Source: Lama guanicoe
Taxonomy: Eukaryota
Direction of reading: 5' to 3'
Assembly: GCA_013239625.1 (NCBI GenBank)
Contig: MU054220.1
Location: 5,316,626 to 5,380,625 of the forward strand
Length of the DNA stretch: 64,000 bases
The position numbers were made by a program, and so were the translations under genes. A model generated the notes under the pieces. That model worked only from the letters and a program-made list of their open reading frames with translations. It was not told the DNA's origin and did no database searches. Below, piece after piece: positions 1 through 12,381 of this stretch; position 1 is the stretch's first letter, and every line of letters begins with the position of its first letter.

Positions 1-1248
1 GTCTGTGTGCTTTTAATGTGAAGTCCTTCTGTCTTCGTCCTGTTTTGGAAGCTCAGCTTGTTTTCAGAGGCCCTCCGTTGGCGCCCTCTTCTGTGCTGCT
101 CCCAGCACCTGTCGGCAAGCAGATCCCGCCTCCTCCTAACACGGGGTCAGGTGCAGCTCTCCTCTGCTGCGGGCGGGCGGGTCACTGCCCCTCCGGATGC
201 TGCAGTCAGATGTTGCAGACTGGCCAGGCAGGAGGGCGGGTCGTGCCCCCCCTCCCCAGCACCTCGGTCAGGGGCTGTGTTCGTGTCCGACAGGCGGGGG
301 GCTGCTCTCCCTCGCCTGCGCCGCGGTAGCTCGGCTGCTCTGTGCGGCTGCGCGCTCCGCCCCGGTCGCGCTCCGTGGGTGGGCTCGGGGAAGACCAAGG
401 GGCAGCCTCGTCCCTGCTCCGAGCCAAGACCCAGCTCTTTGTTTGTCTTTGTGGAGCAAGTTCTCTGAGGGACCAGGATGGAAGGATCCTCTCTGCCCCG
501 GGCTGTAGGCCCGTCTCAGTCTGGCCTTTGAGGCTGCTGAGCCCTTCGGTGCGGATGCAGGTTTCGCCCCCGCCCCCGCCTGGGTGCTCAGCGCTGGTGG
601 ATATGGCGGCTGTGCCTGGGCCCTGCTTCTCTTCCCCTGAAAAGTTTCCGCGGGTTTTCAGAGATGGGGGTATGCACCCTTCCCCCGAGAGCACATCAAC
701 CTTGCTGTTTTATGGAGGGCCCAGGTTGTTCTGCCCTGTGCACCCACAGCCATGGCGCCCAGCCCCTTGCAGTCCCCTGGCGCTGCCTCCGTGCAGCCGC
801 CCCGGTCCTCCGCCCGGCTTGTGCAGCCCAGCCCTGCTCGCCGCTGCCGGCCCGCGTCTCAGGCTGGGTGTCGGGGGGACGCTCTGTGCCCGTTTAACTT
901 AGTTCTGTCAGACAAGGGCTGCTCTGTACAGATCCGAGCCTCGGAGGCTCCCTCTCCGTCCCGCTGGCCTCTCAGTCGGAAAAGGGAGACCCAGCAAGCG
1001 AGTGCCAGTCCTCCTTTGCCGCTTCCTCCCCGCGGGACCGGTCCCGCGCTGCTTTGCCTTTTGTTCTTTCTTTTTTCCTTTTCTCCTACCAGATTTTTGG
1101 CGTCTTAATCTTTTGAAGAGGGAGATGTTCTGTCGGAATTCTGCAGGTGCTCTGGTTGGCTGAGTGGGTCTGTAGATGTGGGTCTTGGTGTATTTGTGGG
1201 AGAGGGTGACTTACAAGCGTCCTTCTACTCCGCCATCTTCTCCGTCTC
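1..1248 (-). mobile_element. LINE-1 5'UTR/internal promoter of a young, possibly full-length L1 that continues beyond the left edge of the window
   Basis: GC- and CpG-rich 1.2 kb block. On the minus strand it begins GAGACGGAGAAGATGGCGGAGTAGAAGGACG, typical of an L1 5' terminus with a YY1 site. Composition switches abruptly to AT-rich at ~1249. The flank reads AAAAGAAAATGTTCTT in L1 orientation, like an L1 endonuclease target/TSD. Confidence 0.8.
1230..1239 (-). promoter_or_regulatory. YY1 motif at the L1 transcription start
   Basis: CCGCCATCTT (AAGATGGCGG on minus) lies about 10 nt from the L1 5' end, where YY1 sites are known in mammalian L1 promoters. Confidence 0.7.
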
Positions 1249-1383
1249 AAGAACATTTTCTTTTGTTCCCATATTTGTGTCCTTCTTGGATGTCACCTCT
1301 TAGCCCTCTACCTCTTTATCTTCTCCATTTCCTGCCGGTCCAGCATAACAGAAAAGTGACATTAACTATGCGGTTACTACATT

Positions 1384-1497
1384 ACAGACACCTTGATCTT
1401 GGATTTCTAATCTCTAGATCTGTGAGAAATAAATGACTGTTGTTTAAGCCTCTTAATCTATGGCCTTTTGTTATGACAGCCAGAGGTGACTAAGACA
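1384..1497 (+). mobile_element. MaLR (MLT1-type) LTR 3' fragment
   Basis: CACCTTGATCTTGGATTTC...TGTGAGAAATAAATG...TTGTTTAAGCC...TTGTTATGACAGCC...GACTAAGACA resembles the MLT1 3' end, with AATAAA and terminal CA. Confidence 0.75.
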
Positions 1498-1774
1498 TAG
1501 CCAATCATTTGGTATTACACAGATACTCTACAGAGGATACGGAGAGAAATGGAAGATGGGGAAATTTTCATATAAGCATTTTCATTATTTTCATATTCAT
1601 TTCATATTCTCATGGTTTAGAAAGAGTTGATTTGAATCTGAAACCTCCAGACTAGCTTCTGAAACTGAATCAACTGTTTCAAGCTAATTGTTAAAATTCT
1701 CTGCTGCAGCCATATTGTTTCCCTTCCTGTTTTAGAATCCACTAGGGATTCTGTTCCTCAGATCTGGGTACAAA

Positions 1775-2138
1775 GCTTTTCCCTTTGCCTAAAATGCCTT
1801 TATCCCAGGGATTCACATGACTCACTCCCTTGTCTCCTTCAGGATGTCATCTTCCCAGTGCTGCTTTCCTCATCCACTCTGTTTAAAATTACAACACTCT
1901 GCCCCAACTACTGTCCATTTCTCTTCCCTCACTTAGTCATTTTTAATAACTCTTATCTTTATCTAACTCACTGTATATTTTTCTTTCTTGTGTTGTTTAC
2001 TGTCTGTTTTCCTTCAAGAGTGTGCATGTTCCAGAATACTGGAGTTTTTTGTCTGTTTTGTCCACTGTTATGGTCCTGGTACCTAGACCAGGGTCTGGTA
2101 CATGGTAGTGTGTTCAGTATTTCTTGGATAAAGTAATG
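1775..2138 (+). mobile_element. LINE-2 3' end
   Basis: Resembles the L2 3' consensus (CACATGACTCACTCCCT...TGTTTACTGTCTGT...TACCTAGACCAGGGTCTGGTACATGGTAG...). Confidence 0.75.
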
Positions 2139-2139
2139 T

Positions 2140-2365
2140 GTTGCGTTCTAGGCTCACTTTTTTTTACCCACATGGATTGTTTCATTAAATTCTCATTATA
2201 ACTCTTTGGAGTAGATTTTATTTTTACTATCATACCAATTTTACCTGGAGGGCAAGAAATTAATGTGTAAAATCCTACTGCCTGCAAAAGGCAGAGCCAG
2301 CTTTCAAACCCAGGAAGTCTATTTCCAGAGCCCACACCTTTATCCACTCATTATACTCCTCCCAG
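2140..2365 (-). mobile_element. MIR SINE
   Basis: GGCAGAGCCAGCTTTCAAACCCAGGAAGTCT...CCAGAGCCCACAC is the reverse complement of the MIR tRNA-like head. Confidence 0.7.
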
Positions 2366-2414
2366 TCTTTAATGTTTTTGTTATTTGCTGATAAATAACT
2401 GGCTTATTATTTTT

Positions 2415-3465
2415 GTATTGGGGTTGCATTGGCTGTACAAGTGAAACAGAAGTATAGGGGCTTATCTGAGCAGGGATTTATTTTCTTCATTTGCCGAGAA
2501 AGTCTAGAGTGATGTTTCTCAAGAAAAGCACAGCTGGTGAAGGAAGGCACCAGTGATCCAGGTTCCTTCTGGTTTACTGCGCTGTCACCCTTATCATGTT
2601 GATTGTTCCACCTGTGAGCATGTTGTCCCATACCAGGTAGGAAAAAGGTAAAAAAAGCAAAAGGCCAAGGGACATCTGAGAGACATCTTTCCTTTTCAAA
2701 TTTATTTTAATAAGATAAATAATGCTTTCTCATAAGCCCCAACAGTTGATACCCATATACATTTTATTGTCCAGAAATGACTGTGTTTCTGCAATTGGGC
2801 TACCTTAAACAGAATGGGGAATAATAGTAAGGTAGAAAGGGAGAATGACATTCAGTGTTTACAGTAGTGTCTGCCAGGCTTTTGTTATTCTCTTCATGGC
2901 TTTTGTATCAGAATGCTTTATCCGGAAATAGTTGGCAACTCTAATTGGTGTAAACCATTAAGAGATATATTAACGTTACACCAGATTGTCCAATAGTAGG
3001 AAAGATTTCAGAATTGGTTGATTGAGTGGTTCAAGGACATCCTGAAGGAACTAGACTTTTTCTCATCTTTTTCCTTTACTGTCTCTAGCAATGTCTTCAT
3101 TCTACGCTGTAAACAAGGTGACTGCAGCAGGTCCAGGTGTTAGATCCACACATGGCAGCATCTGTAGGAAGAAGGGGGAATGACTCTTCGTTTCCTTTTT
3201 TTAAGAATGAGATTCCCTCATCTGGAAACCTTCGAATGGACTACTCATGTCTTGGCCAGAGTTGTGTCACATGCCCACTCCTGAATCCAGCCTGGTTAAA
3301 TAGATTTGGCTTAGACCAAAGACGATCATCCATCACTCACAGCTGAGGATGGAGTCAGCACCTTTGAAGCTAATGAAGGAGCTGAGCAGAGGCCAGAAGA
3401 CAATTTCTCATTCCATTAGAATGAAAGAGAGGAAGATAACAGGTAGACAATCAACAGTATCTGCT
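2415..3465 (-). mobile_element. two adjacent old MaLR (MLT1-like) LTR remnants
   Basis: Degenerate MLT1-type motifs (CAGAATGCTTT..., GTTCAAGGACATC, TGTCACATGCCCACTCCTGAATCCA, GGTAGACAATCAACAGTATCTGCTA). Boundaries are approximate. Confidence 0.5.
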
Positions 3466-4959
3466 AAAATAATTATAATTCTGAAAATTATAATTTGGTT
3501 TATTTTTCAGCTTAATTTTGAGTTATGACTTCCTTGAAGATACATTTATGACAGATAGATTTCTAAAATGCTAAACCTGTTAGATCAGTATGAATCTGAG
3601 GCTTGGGTAAGTTTTAATTTATGATCTTTGATCAAATTTCCACAGCAGTTCTGCACTTGTCTGGCATATTAGCTCTGGGAGTGATGACTGTGGAGGGGTG
3701 AAAGAAATTTGGGAACCCTCCCAAAGAGGGGAAAGTCAGTTTCTTCATGACTTCCTGTCTTCCTTATAATGCAGAATTGTTTCTTTGTTCCTGTAATGCT
3801 CTCTTTATGTAAGTGATGTCATAAAAATAATTCATCATTGCAGTCATCAGATGATCCAAGACAACCTGCATATAACCTGAAATATTTTGTAGGGAAATTG
3901 ATTTCCCAATTTATATTTCATGGTTGACTGGTTGTGCTGTTTATAAACAAATAGTATTAATAATTCAGTTGAAGATTTACTGTGAGTTACAGATATCATT
4001 CTTTTTGTTTTTTGAAAGTTGTCTAAATAGGCTGTTATCAAGGAAAGAGGATCTTAGAAATCAGAGAAGGTGCTATTGGAGTTCTGTGCAGATTTTGATG
4101 GAGTTTGCCACATTTGGTAGAAGTTTATATCAGGCCTAGGTCAATTTAAAATGAAATGAAATTAACACTAACAAGTGTGTTCTGCAAGCAGAGTATTGTC
4201 CTAGACTCTTTGGCATACAGTATCTTATAAACTGTAACACCTCACTTTATATAGATGAAGGGTTCAGAAGGTTTAAGTAATTTGATCTAGGATAAAGGTA
4301 ACAAGCTGAGATTCAAACACAGTGCTGATGTGAAAATCTATGCTGTTTTCACACCACTGTGCATCAGGTTTCCACAGTTGATTTAAACATCATAGAAAGT
4401 GAGCTCCTTTGGAATACTCTTTGAATCTTTGCTAGAAATTAAATGTAACACATGATGATATGTTGGAATCAAACATAACCATTATATCCTGGGAAAACAA
4501 ATTAATATCTATGTTTCCTTCTTGCTGAATTAACTTAGAAAGTATTTTGATTTAGCCCAAATAGTGTCTGGTCTAGATCCACTTCCTAAGGATTGTCCTA
4601 AAGACAGCAACATGTTTGCTTATTATTAACATAGGGGGCACATGTTGTTTTGCTTTTCCCTTTTCTACTATGTTAGCAGAGTCCTTTTCCTGTGGTTCTT
4701 GGTTCATTTTAGAATGTGTGACCAATGGAAACCAATGAGAATCCTCCCTAGGACTTTCCACTGGTGCTGTTGGTGAGGATGTTCTGTACCTGTGATGTTG
4801 CTAGAGTGCGAGTCTTGTGCTGGCAGTGATTGTACTTACTGTGTATATACTTGGCTGGAGCCTAAGAACAGACCCCTGATGAAATGCTTGAATCCATGCA
4901 TCCTGCTCTTCTTGAAGCCAGAAGTTTTATCACAAGATCTTTTGGTTAAATGAGAAAAT

Positions 4960-5090
4960 TCTTCTTTCTTATCTTTCTTTCTTCATTCATTCCTTCCTTC
5001 TTTCCTTCCTTTCTCCCTTCCTTGTCTCCCTCTGTCTCTCTCTCTCTTCCTCTCTCTCCTCTTTCCCCTTTCTCTCTGTCTCTCTTCCTT
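4960..5090. repeat. polypyrimidine (CTTT/CCTT/CT)n low-complexity tract
   Basis: Directly visible. Confidence 0.9.
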
Positions 5091-5737
5091 GCCAGTAGTT
5101 TAAGATTGCCACTGCTATTATGAACTGAAGGAGTGCTGATTAATATATCTACTTTCAATAAACTCTGTAACCCAGTAGACTTTTTCCTCTAAAGCTCTGG
5201 ATATTACTGAAATACTAAATAATAGAGGATATACAAGAAAGTGCTATAAAGACTAGGAGAACTCTTCCACTGCTAATGGAACTAGGAAGTTTCAGAATAT
5301 ATCATCATTTTTCACTGCTATAGTCCTAACAGCTAACACAGTTCCTGGCTATGATGAAAGGTGTTCAAGGAATATTTTTGATTGATTTAATGAATACATA
5401 TAGCTTTGACTTTCAGGAAGATCAACCCCTTTTTCTTTCTTTAAGCACTGAACACTATGAACTAGAGTCTTAGAATTATGAAAGAATTCTATTTTCAAGG
5501 AGCTTATACTCTAATGGGGTAGACACTTAGAAACAAATATAAAGAATATTAAAAAATAAATCTGTAAGGGAAGCCTGTTGTCTGGGAGGACAAAGGAATT
5601 CTGACTTGGCAAATGTGAGAACTCAAAACACCTATACCCAAGTTGAAAAAACAGAAACCTACAGGCTAAATTTAGAATGACAGTATGTTTAAAAATTTGA
5701 AAAATTTCATGTAAAATTTCATGTTTACATTTTTCTT

Positions 5738-6076
5738 TTTTCCAGTTTTATTGAGATATAATGACATACAGCACTGTGTAAGTTTAAGACGTACAGCATA
5801 ATTATTTGATTTAAGTACATCATGAAATGATTACCACAATAAGCTTAGTGAACATCCATCATCTCATATAGATACAAAATAAAGGAGAAAGGAAAAAAAT
5901 ATTTTTTCCTTTTGATGAGAACTCTTAGGATTTACTCTCTTAACCATTTTCATTTATAACATACAGCACTGTTAATTATATTAGTCATGTTGTACATTAC
6001 ATCCCTGGTACTTACTTATTTTATAACTGGAAGCTTGTACCTTTGCACCAGCCTTGTCCAATCCCCCTTCCTCCAC
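5738..6076 (-). mobile_element. 5'-truncated L1 3'UTR (L1MA-like, older) with degenerate TSD
   Basis: TTTTATTGAGATATAATGACATACAGCACTG...TCATGTTGTACATTACATCCC... It is flanked by CATGTTTACATT-TTTCTT (5720-5737) and CATATTTACATTGTTTCTT (6077-6095). Confidence 0.8.
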
Positions 6077-6899
6077 CATATTTACATTGTTTCTTTAAAC
6101 ATCTGGCACATAGGCTTGTGTGTCCCTGTGGGAAGAATGGGCAAGAACTGCGTAACTACTCACCCTTTTAAGTGTTATAAAACATGCACACACCAATTTG
6201 GCATAGCTTCTACCACACCTTATCATCTTGCACACAGCCCATATTGCTGAATTTTTGTCACCTGTCTGTCTCATAAAGGCATTTGTGTTAGTGATGCTGG
6301 TGTTCACTGTCATCTTTGTGACTGCCAAGTAACAGTACAGGGGTTCAAGGATATCATAACCCATCTGCTGATCAAAATACCTTTTGAAGGGTATTAAGTA
6401 TAGAAACAGAAAATAGAGAAATGAGCATTCTAGGATTATGAGTGCTAACCTGATAGTCCAGTAGAGGGGGCATATTAACCCTGCATTTTCTTTCATCACT
6501 GTTGTTTGAGGCCATGGGAATGTGATTGTTAAATGCTATGTGGACCCTATATTTTGGCAAGGCAGGGAATCTACTGCAGGTGAAATCTTGAGTTGAATAT
6601 CTGTTCTCATCATATAGGTTGCACAGGTCTATTTAATGTACTTCCTTCAGGACAGATTTTATTAAATAGACTGGGGCCCAATGTTGTGTAATGGAAGAGC
6701 CCTGACCACAAATCAGGGAGCCCAGGTTAGGATCCTGGATCTATTAAATAGTTGGGTGATATTAGTTATACTTTGCATTCCTTGGTCTGTTTACCAAGGA
6801 ATATATATAATATTGAGGAATTTTGGATTAGATAATATCTAAATTTCTACTGGCTCCAAAAATATAGATATACCACAACATTTTGCTGCATAAGGAGGG

Positions 6900-7130
6900 A
6901 ATATGGTGTCACAGTCTAATTCAGTCTCTGGAATCGGGTTTTAGATCACAGTTCTACCATGTATTCCTCACATATCTTTGGATGTATTCTCAAACTCTCT
7001 GTTGTCACACATTTCTCAGAAGTAGGGGTCATTGTAATGCCTCTGTCATTGGGTAGAAGGAAAGATTCAGTGTAAGGTACTCAGCACAGTACCTGGCATA
7101 CAGTAAGCACTCAAAAAGTGATAACTTTTT
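6900..7130 (+). mobile_element. MIR SINE
   Basis: MIR tail GTAAGGTACTCAGCACAGTACCTGGCATACAGTAAGCACTCAA. Confidence 0.7.
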
Positions 7131-7519
7131 TAAAGTTATAAATTCCTGCTTTCTGAAAGCAACCGTATGCCCTCTCCCTATTTTTAGTTATTCTCGATTT
7201 CTCTAATTTTCATGCACATGCTTTACTCACTAGCAAGTTGTAGAGTCTGGCACAAGAAACAAACATCCTTCCTTTTAAGTACATTGATTTATTACCAGTG
7301 AGAATGTAGAATTTGACAGAGTTAATGGTTGGTCTTAGCAACAGCAGTTCAAACAACTGAGAAACATGAAGGCAGGATTACCCAGCCCTGTGGCTTGTCC
7401 AGCTCTGAATCTCCCGTGTCTGCACTGTGCTTGGTTGGCGTGTACTGAACGATCAGTAGATACTACTTGACTAAATCCTTCCAAGTCTACTGGCAGGTTA
7501 ATTTTAGTAATAACTAATA

Positions 7520-7730
7520 GTAAGTACTTAACCAGGTTCAACAATCTGTGCTAAATGTTAATATGAACTATCTTATTTAATTCTGATATTTTCCCCATTT
7601 TACATGTGAGGAAATTAAGGCTTAGAGAAGATAAGTCATTTGCCCAACTGGTAAAGTGGCAGAGGCAGAATTCTGTCCCAGACTTGTCTTCCTTTAGAAC
7701 CTATGTTCTCTACCCCTGTCCCATACCATG
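7520..7730 (-). mobile_element. MIR SINE
   Basis: CCCCATTTTACATGTGAGGAAATTAAGGCTTAGAGAAGATAAGTCATTTGCCCAA is the MIR core in reverse. Confidence 0.75.
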
Positions 7731-10333
7731 TGGACATACTACTCTCTATTTTGGAATTATGGATAGATGAGATGATGATGGCCAGGAGCTGCCCAGTTAC
7801 TGGACCGATAGACATTGTGGCTGTTGGATTTTCAGTCCCTTGAAATTCAGTGTCATTCTTGCAATTGTCAATGCTAGTGCTTATTTAGAATTCTTATTCA
7901 AGTAGTCTATCAGATGTTGGCATAACTCTTGTGACTTTAAGCAGTTTCTATGAAACTGTCATTGCCATGTTGATGTTCCTGGTTAGTGAGGTTGTAGATG
8001 GTGACAGCAAAAATAGGGTACTTTCAGAGGAGGCTGTCAGGCATATATTCGAAAGTAAATGAATTCCCTGAAAACTCCAATGTTAGCTGAGCTGTATGAG
8101 AGAGCACATCTCTGTTCTTACTTTATTCCGTTGTCTTTGGCTCTTGAGACAGCAAGTGACTCATCTAGAGATCATCAAACATGTGATGTTTGGAAAATTG
8201 AGGGGAGGCAAAGACTCCTCTTATGCCATGATCTAACCTTTATTTTTTTCCAATCTGACTGGGACATGACACAATTTTCTCCCTGTTTGCATTAACCAAT
8301 GCCACAGAGGTTCTCAGTATGTCTGGCCGGATTAAGGACATCCATTAGCTTCAGAGATCACTACCCTTTCCCTCTCCTCAACTATATTTAATGAACAAGT
8401 ATATCTTGTTTGTGTGACATTTAATTTTATACAATGTTAATTTAAGAAATGGATTAGTACAGTGGGTATATTAATGGCTATGTCTCTTCAATCTATTACT
8501 GAGCTGTCGGTTTATCCCTGAGAAAATATTACTGGACCAGGACCATTGCTCAGTTAAGAGTCATTTTGCATTGCCGATGGGTGTGCCCTTGTTTTATCAA
8601 GGCTACATTGCAGACATTCTTTATTTTATAGAAGTCCAGATTGTATTGTTTTGGGGGCGCAGCTGATTCAGACTAGATCGACCCCTACTCTTCCTCCACT
8701 GGTCTCTTTATCGTGATCATTTTTATTGCTTGGATATCCTTTGGATGGAAGGCATTAGTTCTCTTTTTTTCCCTCCTCTGTTTTCTTTCTTAGACTTCAA
8801 TTTCAGTGGATTGACTAATGACACGTTTCAGTTCACAGTGTATGACCCCCATTACTCCTTCCAAGACCTCTGCTATTTTCTTTTATTTTCTTCACTTTTA
8901 TCCCTATTATATACCTACTCCCATCCCTCCCTTCCTTATAGCAACCCTTCTAATCATCTAATTCATACTTTGTTGTGTATCTGTCTTCCAAAATATACAT
9001 TGCAATTTTACACACATGTGCTTTTAAATTATGTAAATGATATAATGTCAAGTATTTCACCTGATCATTTTTTAAATTTCAAATCAACATTGTGCTTTTG
9101 AGATCTGCCCATGTCACATGTGGACGTCTAATTCTTTGCCTTCCGTTGCTCTCCTTCTTCTTCCAGAGGCCTTGAAAGGGACTGTCAGCATCTGGCATGC
9201 TGACCCACTCAGATCATTTCGCTTGATCATAGTAGGTTGACATTAGAGTCAAGCGATGATGTGATGATCCCAGAGAAGCTCCTTTGCAGTTTACAGAGAG
9301 CCCTGAGCTCGTGACAGGAGGCATGGCATATTAAGAATTGTTTGTCAGTTTCTGAAGGTACAATGATTTTTATTGCAGGGAGGTAAAGCAAAACCCTACA
9401 CTGTCATGGAAGCAATGGAAAAAAAAACTTTTTCTGAGGGCAAGCCTCGGTTTCTTTGTTATGATATGGAGATGATAATAGTCCTCCCATCATGAAGCTG
9501 CTGAGGTTAATAGGAGATAATTTATGCAATCTGTTTAGTACTGTGCCTGACACATTGATAAATTGCTTGCAATTAATATTCTAAGTCCAATGTTCCATTC
9601 ACATTACAGTGTGCTGCCTTATTGCAAGAAGATTTGTTCTTTTATTGGTGCGGACACTGTATGGATTATCTGAAAAATGTGAGAGAAAACTAGGGATGGA
9701 GACTGATGCTCTGCGTCAGGATATTTAATTGCAAGCAGACACGTTCATGCTTCATGTGCAACAAACTGTGAAAGCTGAGAGCGTGAACACAGTTCATCGC
9801 TGTAATCAAACACAATGTACAACAAAGTTCTTATCTCCCAATCAATATTCATAATTGTTTCTGTGTTGCATGGTCATTACACATTAATGGTAAATGGGGT
9901 GTACACACACATCTACTAACTCTCACCAGCAGAGCATGTTTTACTTTTCTGCTTGTTCTTCCTACTTTATTTTGTATTTCTAATGTCACTGACCTTCATC
10001 CATATGAGGGAAAAATGTGCGGGGAGAAGGAAAGCCTGACCCAGGACCTGTGATGAAAGGCGCAGAGGACGTTTTAGAAAGGGGGTGGTGAATGGCAGCG
10101 CTTGAGGCACTGAGTTTTGGCACAGGAGCCAGGCAGTGAGCAAATCCAGTGAGTGTGGATCTCTCTTCTCAGTGGCAGATGTGCAGGAACTTCCCTGAGT
10201 GCACCTCAGTCACACCCTGCTCAGACAGCAGGAGTTCAGAGTTGCTGCAGAAAAGATGCAGGACCTGTGACCTCAGGCTGGTCCCACAGAAACCCCAGAC
10301 AGCTGGGGTGAGTCCGCCTTTCTGCCCAGCCTG

Positions 10334-10554
10334 ACAGCCTTCATCTGTTTGGCCCGCAGGCTCATCCATCCCACTGCCTGTTTCTGTAAATAAAGTTTTA
10401 CAAACATAGCTGCCACGCCCACCTGTTTTCCTGTTGCTGCAGTCTGGTGCATACTGAACAGCAGAGCTCAGTAGTTCTGATTGGGACCTAAGAGTAAGCA
10501 AAGTCTAACATATTTACTATCTGGACCTTTACAGAAAAAACTTGCCAACAACTG
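10334..10554. mobile_element. MER58A-like hAT-Charlie MITE
   Basis: CTGCCTGTTTCTGTAAATAAAGTTTT...ATATTTACTATCTGGACCTTTACAGAAAAAACTTGCCAACAACTG resembles MER58. Confidence 0.75.
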
Positions 10555-12214
10555 CTCTAAGTCAGGGTAACTCTCCTTTTCACAGACCAGTGTTGGGAGG
10601 CAGTGCCGTAGGGCGGTGGGGAGCCTGCGTGCTGAAGGCAGATGGAGCAGAGGCTGCAGCTCTCTTGCTCTATGATCTTTGGTCTGTGTTTCCTCCTCTG
10701 TAAGGAAGTAAAAATATGCCATCTCATGATGGGCTTGTGAAGAATCAGTATGATAATGCATGCAAGGTGCTTGCTGGTGCCTGGAATTTAGTAAGCATTT
10801 GATGCATATTAACTATTTGTAAAAGTCAAAAGGTTGCTGTGTAATTGAACATGGAAAGTAGAAAACTGTGGGTAAATTAGACATCTCTCTGAGTGTTTGT
10901 GTATTAGGAAGCATATTGCATTGATTGTAAGGGCTTTGTTGAAGAGAGGCCTGGGTTGTTGGAGGTGAGTTAGGCTCCAGTATTTCCCAGGGTCTGGCCT
11001 GGTCACTTGAAGTGCAGGAAGGTACAGACAGAGGGTCTCCATGATCAACCTTGGTGTCTGCTCACACATGCCAGGAACTGAGGCGGGCACAAGAGTTTCT
11101 TTCAATCGACGAGGGGTGTCTTCTGTCCTACTGCATCAGTGGGGCTCAGGTCAGATCAGATGCCCAGGAGTGACAGCCTGTTACTAAGTGCAACAGCCAT
11201 TCACTTAAGGGAACCAGGGGGCATGAACTACTGCGTCATTTCAAATTAATGGGTGTCCAGGGTATTTCCCCACAGGTGCTGGAAGTCTGATCTGGGAAGC
11301 AATTCATAAGATAGAGCATAAGAAATTAAAACTCCAAATTAGAAGCTCTCCCTACCGTGGAGTGGCAGTAAGATCATTTTCTGCCAGCGTTGCTCCAGGA
11401 GCCATGCTTCCTGAGCAGCTGCAGTAGGCACTATAAGACAGAGAGTTTAGCTCAAACGTAAGGACTTAACTACTTCCTTTCCATCACACAGTTATTCTGT
11501 TAATAAAACAGGAAGCTGCTATTACTGTATGAAGCATTATGTTTAATATACGGTTGTTTGCCCTTTATGACTTGCTAATGTACCTACCATTTACAACAGG
11601 CACTTGAAAGGGAGCGACTGATCTTAGCTGCTGCTGCTGAACAAAATTTTGTGAGCATGAATTCTTCCAAACATTGTGTATAGCAGTGTATCCTTATTAG
11701 GATCTAGTGTAAAGTCTGACATATATTAATAATTATTTGTTGAGCAAAGGTTGAATGATGATAAAGCAATAAGTATATTAGATATAGTTTCTGTCTTTAT
11801 GAATTTCAGGATATAAGAGGGGAAGGAAGACATTAATCCTATTATATGTATAATGATCAACTCTGTGAAGTAGGTATTTTTTTTTGAAGCTTAGACAGGT
11901 GAAGCGACCTGCTTAATGTCATACACCAGTAAGTGGCAAAACCAGGATTTGATCCCAGATCCAACCCTACCCTCTTCATCTTTAAATTCTATTGCACCTC
12001 ATTGATGAGTAATTGCTCAGAGATAACATGTTTGTGGTAAGGGAGTCATTTGAAGAACATAATGAGAGCATTTTCAGATAGGATTAAATTTTGTTTTGGC
12101 CACTAGGTTGCAAAGTGTGCTGCCTCCCTGGGGTGATTGATCTGGGCATCAGAATATTCTCCAATATGAGTGATTGGGTCCACATAGATCAGGGTCCTCA
12201 CCTGTATATTAAAG

Positions 12215-12371
12215 CAGTATTTCTCAGTGTGGACACAGGCCACCTGTATCAGAGTCACCTGGAATGCTTGATAAAAATGCTCCTTTCTAGGCTCCTTCCA
12301 GAGCTGTTGCATCTGAATTTTTACAGAGGCTTCCAAGTAATTCTATACACACTTAAGTTTGACAACCACTA
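12215..12371. mobile_element. MER5-like hAT-Charlie MITE
   Basis: Degenerate TIRs CAGTATTTCTCA...TTTGACAACCACTA, with internal ATCAGAGTCACCTGG. Confidence 0.65.
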
Positions 12372-12381
12372 CTTAAAACAA

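Noticed and set aside
18..1108. Nine overlapping ORFs (up to 186 aa) suggesting a GC-rich gene or first exon
   Set aside because: They occur on both strands, are Pro/Ala/Gly/Arg-rich with no recognisable domain, mostly start at non-ATG codons, and are expected from the low stop-codon frequency of a GC-rich L1 5'UTR.
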